The translations under genes were made by a program, and so were the position numbers. Under the pieces are notes generated by a model. It did not search any database and was not told the DNA's origin. It saw only the letters and a list, made by a program, of their open reading frames with translations. Shown here in pieces: positions 42,001 to 54,400 of a stretch of DNA of 64,000 nt; positions within the stretch are counted from its first letter, which is position 1; each line of letters starts with the position of its first letter. This DNA is from Eledone cirrhosa (lineage: Eukaryota), in contig OZ024742.1 in NCBI GenBank assembly GCA_964016885.1, positions 342,736,001 to 342,800,000 on the forward strand. Reading direction: 5' to 3'.

Positions 42001-45000
42001 TATGTGATCTCCAGTGGTATGAAGTATGTCAGCTCCAGTGGTATGAAGTATGTGATCTCCAGTGGTATGAAGTATGTGATCTCCGGTGGTATGAAGTATG
42101 TCAGCTCCAGTGGTATGAAGTATGTGATCTCCAGTGGTATGAAGTATGTCAGCTCCTCTGGTATGAAGTATGTGATCTCCAGTGGTATGAAGTATGTGAT
42201 CTCCTGTGGTATGAAGTATGTGATCCCCAGTGGTATGAAGTATGTGTCTCCAGTGGTATGAAGTATGTGATCTACAGTGGTATGAAGTATGTGATATCCT
42301 GTGGTATGAAGTATGTGATCTACAGTGGTATGAAGTATGTGATCTCCAGTGGTATGAAGTATGTGATCTACAGTGGTATGAAGTATGTGATCTCCAGTGG
42401 TATGAAGTATGTGATAACCTGTGGTATGAAGTATGTGATATCCTGTGGTATGAAGTATGTGATCTACAGTGGTATGAAGTATGTGATCTCCAGTGGTATG
42501 AAGTATGTGATAACCTGTGGTATGAAGTATGTGATATCCTGTGGTATGAAGTATGTGATCTACAGTGGTATGAAGTATGTGACCTCCAGTGGTATGAAGT
42601 ATGTGATATCCTGTGGTATGAAGTATGTGATATCCAGTGGTATGAAGTATGTGATCTTCAGTGGTATGAAGTATGTGATCTTCAGTGGTATGAAGTATGT
42701 GATCTACAGTGGTATGAAGTATGTAATCTCCAGTGGTATGAAGTATGTGATCTACAGTGGTATGAAGTATGTGATCTACAGTGGTATTAAGTATGTGATC
42801 TACAGTGGTATGAAGTATGTGATCTCCAGTGGTATGAAGTATGTAATCTACAGTGGCATGAAGTATGTGATCTCCAGTGGTATGAAGTATGTGATCTCCT
42901 GTGGTATGAAATATGTCAGCTCCAGTGGTATGAAGTATGTGATCTCCAGTGTTATGAAGTATGTGATCTCCAGTGGTATGAAATATGTGATCTACAGTGG
43001 TATGAAGTATGTGATCTCCAGTGGTATGAAGTATGTTATCTCCAGTGGTATGAAGTATGTGATCTCCAGTGGTATGAAGTATGTGATCTCCAGTGGTATG
43101 AAGTATGTGATATCCTGTGGTATGAAGCATGTGATCTCCAGTGGTATGAAGTATGTCAGCTCCAGTGGTATGAAGTATGTGATCTCCAGTGGTATGAAAT
43201 ATGTGATCTACAGTGGTATGAAGTATGTTAGCTCCAGTGGTATGAAGTATGTGATCTACAGTGGTATGAAGTATGTCAGCTCCAGTGGTATGAAGTATGT
43301 GATCTCCAGTGGTATGAAGTATGTGATCTCCTGTGGTATGAAGTATGTGATCTACAGTGGTATGAAGTATGTGATCTACAGTGGCATGAAGTATGTGATC
43401 TACAGTGGTATGATGTATGTGATCTACAGTGGTATGAAATATGTGATCTCCAGTGGTATGAAGTATGTCAGCTCCAGTGGTATGAAGTATGTGATCTACA
43501 GTGGTATGAAGTATGTGATCTCCAGTGGTATGAAGTATGTGATCTCCAGTGGTATGAAGTATGTGATCTCCAGTGGTATGAAGTATGTGATCTCCAGTGG
43601 TATGAAGTATGTGATCTCCATTGGTATGAAGTATGTGATCTACAGTGGTATGAAGTATGTCAGCTCCAGTGGTATGAAGTAAATGATCTACAGTGGTATG
43701 AAGTATGTGATCTACAGTGGTATGAAGTATGTGATCTACAGTGGTATGAAGTATGTCAGCTCCAGTTGTATGACGTATGTGATCTACAGTGGTATGAAGT
43801 ATGTAATCTACAGTGGTATGAAGTATGTGATCTCCAGTGGTATGAAGTATGTGATCTCCTGTCGTATGAAATATGTCAGCTCCAGTGGTATGAAGTATGT
43901 GATCTCCAGTGGATGAAGTATGTGATCTCCAGTGGTATGAAATTTGTGATCTACAGTGGTATGAAGTATGTGATCTCCAGTGCTATGAAGTATGTGATCT
44001 CCAGTGATATGAAATATGTGATCTCCAGTGGTATGAAGTATGTGATCTCCAGTGGTATGAAGTATGTCATATCCTGTGGTATGAAGTATGTGATCTACAG
44101 TGGTATGAAGTATGTGATCTCCAGTGGTATGAAGTATGTGATATCCAATGGTATGAAGTATGTGATCTACAGTGGTATGAAGTATGTCAGCTCCAGTGGT
44201 ATGAAGTATGTGATCTCCTGTGGTATGAAGTATGTGATCTACAGTGGTATGAAGTATGTGATCTCCAGTGGTATGAAGTATGTGATCTACAGTGGTATGA
44301 AGTATGTGATCTCCTGTGGTATGAAGTATGTGATCTCCAGTGGTATGAAGTATGTCAGCTCCAGTGGTATGAAGTATGTGATCTCCAGTGGTATGAAGTA
44401 TGTGATATCCAGTGGTATGAAGTATGTCAGCTCCAGTGGTATGAAGTATGTGATCTCCTGTGGTATGAAGTATGTGATCTACAGTGGTATGAAGTATGTG
44501 ATCTCCAGTGGTATGAAGTATGTGATCTACAGTGGTATGAAGTATGTAATCTCCAGTGGTATGAAGTATGTGATCTCCAGTGGTATGAAGTATGTGATCT
44601 ACAGTGGTATGAAGTATGTGATCTCCAGTGGTATGAAGTATGTCAGCTCCAGTGGTATGAAGTATGTGATCTCCTGTGGTATGAAGTATGTGATCTACAG
44701 TGGTATGAAGTATGTGATCTCCAGTGGTATGAAGTATGTGATCTACAGTGGAATGAAGTATGTGATCTACAGTGGTATGAAGTATGTAATCTCCAGTGGT
44801 ATGAAGTATGTGATCTGCAGTGGTATGAAGTATGTGATCTCCAGTGGTATGAAGTATGTCAGCTCCAGTGGTATGAAGTATGTGATCTCCTGTGGTATGA
44901 AGTATGTTAGCTCCAGTGGTATGAAGTGTGTGATCTCCAGTGGTATGAAGTATGTCAGCTCCTCTGGTATGAAGTATGTGATCTCCCGTGGTATGATGTA

Positions 45001-48000
45001 TGTGATCTCCTGTGGTATGAAGTATGTGATCCCCAGTGGTATGAAGTATGTGTCTCCAGTGGTATGAAGTATGTGATCTACAGTGGTATGAAGTATGTGA
45101 TATCCTGTGGTATGAAGTATGTGATCTACAGTGGTATGAAGTATGTGATCTCCAGTGGTATGAAGTATGTGATCTACAGTGGTATGAAGTATGTGATCTC
45201 CAGTGGTATGAAGTATGTGATAACCTGTGGTATGAAGTATGTGATATCCTGTGGTATGAAGTATGTGATCTACAGTGGTATGAAGTATGTGATCTCCAGT
45301 GGTATGAAGTATGTGATAACCTGTGGTATGAAGTATGTGATATCCTGTGGTATGAAGTATGTGATCTACAGTGGTATGAAGTATGTGATCTCCAGTGGTA
45401 TGAAGTATGTGATATCCTGTGGTATGAAGTATGTGATATCCAGTGGTATGAAGTATGTGATCTTCAGTGGTATGAAGTATGTGATCTACAGTGGTATGAA
45501 GTATGTAATCTCCAGTGGTATGAAGTATGTGATCTACAGTGGTATGAAGTATGTGATCTACAGTGGTATGAAGTATGTGATCTCCAGTGGTATGAAGTAT
45601 GTAATCTACAGTGGTATGAAGTATGTGATCTCCAGTGGTATGAAGTATGTGATCTCCTGTGGTATGAAATATGTCAGCTCCAGTGGTATGAAGTATGTGA
45701 TCTCCAGTGGTATGAAGTATGTGATCTCCAGTGGTATGAAATATGTGATCTACAGTGGTATGAAGTATGTGATCTCCAGTGGTATGAAGTATGTGATCTC
45801 CAGTGGTATGAAGTATGTGATCTCCAGTGGTATGAAGTATGTGATCTCCAGTGGTATGAAGTATGTGATATCCTGTGGTATGAAGTATGTGATCTCCAGT
45901 GGTATGAAGTATGTCAGCTCCAGTGGTATGAAGTATGTGATCTCCAGTGGTATGAAATATGTGATCTACAGTGGTATGAAGTATGTTAGCTCCAGTGGTA
46001 TGAAGTATGTGATCTACAGTGGTATGAAGTACGTCAGCTCCAGTGGTATGAAGTATGTGATCTCCACTGGTATGAAGTATGTGATCTACAGTGGTATGAA
46101 GTATGTGATCTCCAGTGGTATGAAGTATGTAATCTCCAGTGGTATGAAGTATGTGATCTCCAGTGGTATGAAGTATGTGATCTACAGTGGTATGAAGTAT
46201 GTGATCTCCAGTGGTATGAATATGTCAGCTCCAGTGGTATGAAGTATGTGATCTCCTGTGGTATGAAGTATGTGATCTACAGTGGTATGAAGTATGTGAT
46301 CTCCAGTGGTATGAAGTATATGATCTACAGTGGAATGAAGTATGTAATCTCCAGTGGTATGAAGTATGTGATCTACAGTGGTATGAAGTATGTGATCTCC
46401 AGTGGTATGAAGTATGTCAGCTCCAGTGGTATGAAGTATGTGATCTACTGTGGTATGAAGTATGTGATCTACAGTGGTATGAAGTATGTGATCTCCAGTG
46501 GTATGAAGTATGTGATCTACAGTGGTATGAAGTATGTGATCTACAGTGGTATGAAATATGTGATCTCCAGTGGTATGAAGTATGTTAGCTCCAGTGGTAT
46601 GAAGTGTTTGATCTACAGTGGTATGAAGTATGTGATCTCCAGTGGTATGAAGTATGTGATCTACAGTGGTATGAAGTATGTGATTTACAGTGGTATGAAG
46701 TATGTGATCTACAGTGGTATGAAGTATGTGATCTCCTGTGGTATGAAGTATGTGATCTACAGTGGTAGGAAGTATGTGATCTCCTGTGGTCTGAAGTATG
46801 TGATCTACAGTGGTATGAAGTATGTGATATCCTGTGGTATGAAGTATGTGATCTCCAGTGGTATGAAGTATGTCAGCTCCAGTGGTATGAAGTATGTGAT
46901 CTCCTGTGGTATGAAGTATGTGATCTACAGTGGTATGAAGTATGTGATCTCCAGTGGTATGAAGTATGTGATCTACAGTGGTATGAAGTATGTGATATCC
47001 TGTGGTATGAAGTATGTGATCTCCAGTGGTATGAAGTATGTGATCTCCAGTGGTATGAAGTATGTGATATCCTGTGGTATGAAGTATGTGATCTCCAGTG
47101 GTATGAAGTATGTGATCTACAGTGGTATGAAGTATGTGATATCCTGTGGTATGAAGTATGTGATCTAGAGTGGTATGAAGTATGTGATCTCCAGTGGTAT
47201 GAAGTATGTGATCTCCAGTGGTATGAAGTATGTGATCTCCAGTGGTATGAAGTATGTCAGCTCCAGTGGTATGAAGTATGTGATCTCCAGTGGTATAAAG
47301 TATGTGATCTCCAGTGGTATGAGGTATGTCAGCTCCAGTGGTATGAAGTATGTGAAATCCTGTGGTATGAAGTATGTGATCTACAGTGGTATGAAGTATG
47401 TGATCTCCAGTGGTATGAAGTATGTGATCTACAGTTGTATGAAGTATGTCAGCTCCAGTGGTATGAAGTATGTGATCTACAGTGGTATGAAGTATGTGAT
47501 CTACAGTGGTATGAAGTATGTGATCTCCAGTGGTATGAAGTATGTAATCTACAGTGGTATGAAGTATGTGATCTCCAGTGGTATGAAGTATGTGATCTCC
47601 TGTGGTATGAAATATGTCAGCTCCAGTGGTATGAAGTATGTGATCTCCAGTGGTATGAAGTATGTGATCTCCAGTGGTATGAAATATGTGATCTACAGTG
47701 GTATGAAGTATGTGATCTCCAGTGGTATGAAGTATGTGATCTCCAGTGGTATGAAGTATGTGATCTCCAGTGGTATGAAGTATGTGATCTCCAGTGGTAT
47801 GAAGTATGTGATATCCTGTGGTATGAAGTATGTGATCTCCAGTGGTATGAAGTATGTCAGCTCCAGTGGTATGAAGTATGTGATCTCCAGTGGTATGAAA
47901 TATGTGATCTACAGTGGTATGAAGTATGTTAGCTCCAGTGGTATGAAGTATGTGATCTACAGTGGTATGAAGTACGTCAGCTCCAGTGGTATGAAGTATG

Positions 48001-48240
48001 TGATCTCCACTGGTATGAAGTATGTGATCTACAGTGGTATGAAGTATGTGATCTCCAGTGGTATTAAGTATGTGATCTACAGTGGTATGAAGTATGTAAT
48101 CTCCAGTGGTATGAAGTATGTGATCTCCAGTGGTATGAAGTATGTGATCTACAGTGGTATGAAGTATGTGATCTCTAGGTGTATGAAGTATGTCAGCTCC
48201 AGTGGTATGAAGTATGTGATCTCCTGTGGTATGAAGTATG
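30081..48240. repeat. Copy B of the 14.6-kb duplication, lengthened to ~18.15 kb by an internal 3454-bp duplication
   Basis: Offsets to copy A run 14616, 14607, 14703, 14727, then jump to 18181, 18157, 18156. Examples: 24077/38804 and 24077/42258; 25502/43683; 29019/47175. Confidence 0.9.
36210..43120. repeat. 3454-bp direct tandem duplication (junction ~39665)
   Basis: ORF pairs 36646/40100, 37221/40675, 37658/41112 and 38804/42258 all differ by 3454 = 144x24-2, matching two 1-bp deletions per unit. Confidence 0.92.
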
Positions 48241-51040
48241 TGATCTACAGTGGTATGAAGTATGTGATCTCCAGTGGTATGAAGTATATGATCTACAGTG
48301 GAATGAAGTATGTAATCTCCAGTGGTATGAAGTATGTGATCTACAGTGGTATGAAGTATGTGATCTCCAGTGGTATGAAGTATGTCAGCTCCAGTGGTAT
48401 GAAGTATGTGATCTACTGTGGTATGAAGTATGTGATCTACAGTGGTATGAAGTATGTGATCTCCAGTGGTATGAAGTATGTGATCTACAGTGGTATGAAG
48501 TATGTGATCTACAGTGGTATGAAATATGTGATCTCCAGTGGTATGAAGTATGTTAGCTCCAGTGGTATGAAGTGTGTGATCTACAGTGGTATGAAGTATG
48601 TGATCTCCAGTGGTATGAAGTATGTGATCTACAGTGGTATGAAGTATGTGATTTACAGTGGTATGAAGTATGTGATCTACAGTGGTATGAAGTATGTGAT
48701 CTCCTGTGGTATGAAGTATGTGATCTCCAGTGGTATGAAGTATGTCAGCTCCAGTGGTATGAAGTATGTGATCTACTGTGGTATGAAGTATGTGATCTAC
48801 AGTGGTATGAAGTATGTGATCTCCAGTGGTATGAAGTATGTGATCTACAGTGGTATGAAGTATGTGATCTACAGTGGTATGAAATATGTGATCTCCAGTG
48901 GTATGAAGTATGTTAGCTCCAGTGGTATGAAGTGTTTGATCTACAGTGGTATGAAGTATGTGATCTCCAGTGGTATGAAGTATGTGATCTACAGTGGTAT
49001 GAAGTATGTGATTTACAGTGGTATGAAGTATGTGATCTACAGTGGTATGAAGTATGTGATCTCCTGTGGTATGAAGTATGTGATCTACAGTGGTAGGAAG
49101 TATGTGATCTCCTGTGGTCTGAAGTATGTGATCTACAGTGGTATGAAGTATGTGATATCCTGTGGTATGAAGTATGTGATCTCCAGTGGTATGAAGTATG
49201 TCAGCTCCAGTGGTATGAAGTATGTGATCTCCTGTGGTATGAAGTATGTGATCTACAGTGGTATGAAGTATGTGATCTCCAGTGGTATGAAGTATGTGAT
49301 CTACAGTGGTATGAAGTATGTGATATCCTGTGGTATGAAGTATGTGATCTCCAGTGGTATGAAGTATGTGATCTCCAGTGGTATGAAGTATGTGATATCC
49401 TGTGGTATGAAGTATGTGATCTCCAGTGGTATGAAGTATGTGATCTACAGTGGTATGAAGTATGTGATATCCTGTGGTATGAAGTATGTGATCTAGAGTG
49501 GTATGAAGTATGTGATCTCCAGTGGTATGAAGTATGTGATCTCCAGTGGTATGAAGTATGTGATCTCCAGTGGTATGAAGTATGTCAGCTCCAGTGGTAT
49601 GAAGTATGTGATCTCCAGTGGTATAAAGTATGTGATCTCCAGTGGTATGAGGTATGTCAGCTCCAGTGGTATGAAGTATGTGAAATCCTGTGGTATGAAG
49701 TATGTGATCTACAGTGGTATGAAGTATGTGATCTCCAGTGGTATGAAGTATGTGATCTACAGTTGTATGAAGTATGTCAGCTCCAGTGGTATGAAGTATG
49801 TGATCTACAGTGGTATGAAGTATGTGATCTACAGTGGTATGAAGTATGTGATCTCCAGTGGTATGAAGTATGTAATCTACAGTGGTATGAAGTATGTGAT
49901 CTCCAGTGGTATGAAGTATGTGATCTCCTGTGGTATGAAATATGTCAGCTCCAGTGGTATGAAGTATGTGATCTCCAGTGGTATGAAGTATGTGATCTCC
50001 AGTGGTATGAAATATGTGATCTACAGTGGTATGAAGTATGTGATCTCCAGTGGTATGAAGTATGTGATCTCCAGTGGTATGAAGTATGTGATCTCCAGTG
50101 GTATGAAGTATGTGATCTCCAGTGGTATGAAGTATGTGATATCCTGTGGTATGAAGTATGTGATCTCCAGTGGTATGAAGTATGTCAGCTCCAGTGGTAT
50201 GAAGTATGTGATCTCCAGTGGTATGAAATATGTGATCTACAGTGGTATGAAGTATGTTAGCTCCAGTGGTATGAAGTATGTGATCTACAGTGGTATGAAG
50301 TACGTCAGCTCCAGTGGTATGAAGTATGTGATCTCCACTGGTATGAAGTATGTGATCTACAGTGGTATGAAGTATGTGATCTCCAGTGGTATGAAGTATG
50401 TGATCTACAGTGGTATGAAGTATGTAATCTCCAGTGGTATGAAGTATGTGATCTCCAGTGGTATGAAGTATGTGATCTACAGTGGTATGAAGTATGTGAT
50501 CTCTAGTGGTATGAAGTATGTCAGCTCCAGTGGTATGAAGTATGTGATCTCCTGTGGTATGAAGTATGTGATCTACAGTGGTATGAAGTATGTGATCTCC
50601 AGTGGTATGAAGTATATGATCTACAGTGGAATGAAGTATGTAATCTCCAGTGGTATGAAGTATGTGATCTACAGTGGTATGAAGTATGTGATCTCCAGTG
50701 GTATGAAGTATGTCAGCTCCAGTGGTATGAAGTATGTGATCTACTGTGGTATGAAGTATGTGATCTACAGTGGTATGAAGTATGTGATCTCCAGTGGTAT
50801 GAAGTATGTGATCTACAGTGGTATGAAGTATGTGATCTACAGTGGTATGAAATATGTGATCTCCAGTGGTATGAAGTATGTTAGCTCCAGTGGTATGAAG
50901 TGTGTGATCTACAGTGGTATGAAGTATGTGATCTCCAGTGGTATGAAGTATGTGATCTACAGTGGTATGAAGTATGTGATTTACAGTGGTATGAAGTATG
51001 TGATCTACAGTGGTATGAAGTATGTGATCTCCTGTGGTAT
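46380..51040. repeat. 2328-bp (97-monomer) tandem duplication (junction ~48710)
   Basis: ORF pairs 47175/49503 and 47435/49763 differ by 2328. AAGTGTTTG occurs near 46603 and 48931, TACGTC near 47974 and 50301. A 360-bp local repeat spans the junction (ORF ends 48556/48916). Confidence 0.87.
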
Positions 51041-51469
51041 GAAGTATGTGATCTACAGTGGTAGGAAGTATGTGATCTCCTGTGGTCTGAAGTATGTGAT
51101 CTACAGTGGTATGAAGTATGTGATATCCTGTGGTATGAAGTATGTGATCTCCAGTGGTATGAAGTATGTCAGCTCCAGTGGTATGAAGTATGTGATCTCC
51201 TGTGGTATGAAGTATGTGATCTACAGTGGTATGAAGTATGTGATCTCCAGTGGTATGAAGTATGTGATCTACAGTGGTATGAAGTATGTGATATCCTGTG
51301 GTATGAAGTATGTGATCTCCAGTGGTATGAAGTATGTGATCTCCAGTGGTATGAAGTATGTGATATCCTGTGGTATGAAGTATGTGATCTCCAGTGGTAT
51401 GAAGTATGTGATCTACAGTGGTATGAAGTATGTGATATCCTGTGGTATGAAGTATGTGATCTAGAGTGG

Positions 51470-54400
51470 TATGAAGTATGTGATCTCCAGTGGTATGAAG
51501 TATGTGATCTCCAGTGGTATGAAGTATGTGATCTCCAGTGGTATGAAGTATGTCAGCTCCAGTGGTATGAAGTATGTGATCTCCAGTGGTATAAAGTATG
51601 TGATCTCCAGTGGTATGAGGTATGTCAGCTCCAGTGGTATGAAGTATGTGAAATCCTGTGGTATGAAGTATGTGATCTACAGTGGTATGAAGTATGTGAT
51701 CTCCAGTGGTATGAAGTATGTGATCTACAGTTGTATGAAGTATGTCAGCTCCAGTGGTATGAAGTATGTGATCTCCAGTGGTATGAAGTATGTGATCTCC
51801 AGTGGTATGAAGTATGTCAGCTCCAGTGGTATGAAGTATGTGATCTCCAGTGGTATGAAGTATGTGATCTCCGGTGGTATGAAGTATGTCAGCTCCAGTG
51901 GTATGAAGTATGTGATCTCCAGTGGTATGAAGTATGTCAGCTCCTCTGGTATGAAGTATGTGATCTCCAGTGGTATGAAGTATGTGATCTCCTGTGGTAT
52001 GAAGTATGTGATCCCCAGTGGTATGAAGTATGTGTCTCCAGTGGTATGAAGTATGTGATCTACAGTGGTATGAAGTATGTGATATCCTGTGGTATGAAGT
52101 ATGTGATCTACAGTGGTATGAAGTATGTGATCTCCAGTGGTATGAAGTATGTGATCTACAGTGGTATGAAGTATGTGATCTCCAGTGGTATGAAGTATGT
52201 GATAACCTGTGGTATGAAGTATGTGATATCCTGTGGTATGAAGTATGTGATCTACAGTGGTATGACGTATGTGATCTCCAGTGGTATGAAGTATGTGATA
52301 ACCTGTGGTATGAAGTATGTGATATCCTGTGGTATGAAGTATGTGATCTACAGTGGTATGAAGTATGTGATCTCCAGTGGTATGAAGTATGTGATATCCT
52401 TTGGTATGAAGTATGTGATATCCAGTGGTATGAAGTATGTGATCTTCAGTGGTATGAAGTATGTGATCTTCAGTGGTATGAAGTATGTGATCTACAGTGG
52501 TATGAAGTATGTAATCTCCAGTGGTATGAAGTATGTGATCTACAGTGGTATGAAGTATGTGATCTACAGTGGTATTAAGTATGTGATCTACAGTGGTATG
52601 TAGTATGTGATCTCCAGTGGTATGAAGTATGTAATCTACAGTGGTATGAAGTATGTGATCTCCAGTGGTATGAAGTATGTGATCTCCTGTGGTATGAAAT
52701 ATGTCAGCTCCAGTGGTATGAAGTATGTGATCTCCAGTGTTATGAAGTATGTGATCTCCAGTGGTATGAAATATGTGATCTACAGTGGTATGAAGTATGT
52801 GATCTCCAGTGGTATGAAGTATGTGATCTCCAGTGGTATGAAGTATGTGATCTCCAGTGGTATGAAGTATGTGATCTCCAGTGGTATGAAGTATGTGATA
52901 TCCTGTGGTATGAAGCATGTGATCTCCAGTGGTATGAAGTATGTCAGCTCCAGTGGTATGAAGTATGTGATCTCCAGTGGTATGAAATATGTGATCTACA
53001 GTGGTATGAAGTATGTTAGCTCCAGTGGTATGAAGTATGTGATCTACAGTGGTATGAAGTATGTCAGCTCCAGTGGTATGAAGTATGTGATCTCCAGTGG
53101 TATGAAGTATGTGATCTCCTGTGGTATGAAGTATGTGATCTACAGTGGTATGAAGTATGTGATCTACAGTGGTATGAAGTATGTGATCTACAGTGGTATG
53201 ATGTATGTGATCTACAGTGGTATGAAATATGTGATCTCCAGTGGTATGAAGTATGTCAGCTCCAGTGGTATGAAGTATGTGATCTACAGTGGTATGAAGT
53301 ATGTGATCTCCAGTGGTATGAAGTATGTGATCTCCAGTGGTATGAAGTATGTGATCTCCAGTGGTATGAAGTATGTGATCTCCAGTGGTATGAAGTATGT
53401 GATCTCCATTGGTATGAAGTATGTGATCTACAGTGGTATGAAGTATGTCAGCTCCAGTGGTATGAAGTATGTGATCTACAGTGGTATGAAGTATGTGATC
53501 TACAGTGGTATGAAGTATGTGATCTACAGTGGTCTGAAGTATGTCAGCTCCAGTGGTATGAAGTATATGATCTACAGTGGTATGAAGTATGTGATCTACA
53601 GTGGTATGAAGTATGTGATCTACAGTGGTATGAAGTATGTCAGCTCCAGTTGTATGACGTATGTGATCTACAGTGGTATGAAGTATGTAATCTACAGTGG
53701 TATGAAGTATGTGATCTCCAGTGGTATGAAGTATGTGATCTCCTGTCGTATGAAATATGTCAGCTCCAGTGGTATGAAGTATGTGATCTCCAGTGGATGA
53801 AGTATGTGATCTCCAGTGGTATGAAATTTGTGATCTACAGTGGTATGAAGTATGTGATCTCCAGTGGTATGAAGTATGTGATCTCCAGTGATATGAAATA
53901 TGTGATCTCCAGTGGTATGAAGTATGTGATCTCCAGTGGTATGAAGTATGTCATATCCTGTGGTATGAAGTATGTGATCTACAGTGGTATGAAGTATGTG
54001 ATCTCCAGTGGTATGAAGTATGTGATATCCAATGGTATGAAGTATGTGATCTACAGTGGTATGAAGTATGTCAGCTCCAGTGGTATGAAGTATGTGATCT
54101 CCTGTGGTATGAAGTATGTGATCTACAGTGGTATGAAGTATGTGATCTCCTGTGGTATGAAGTATGTGATCTCCAGTGGTATGAAGTATGTCAGCTCCAG
54201 TGGTATGAAGTATGTGATCTCCAGTGGTATGAAGTATGTGATATCCAGTGGTATGAAGTATGTCAGCTCAAGTGGTATGAAGTATGTGATCTCCTGTGGT
54301 ATGAAGTATGTGATCTACAGTGGTATGAAGTATGTGATCTCCAGTGGTATGAAGTATGTGATCTACAGTGGTATGAAGTATGTAATCTCCAGTGGTATGA

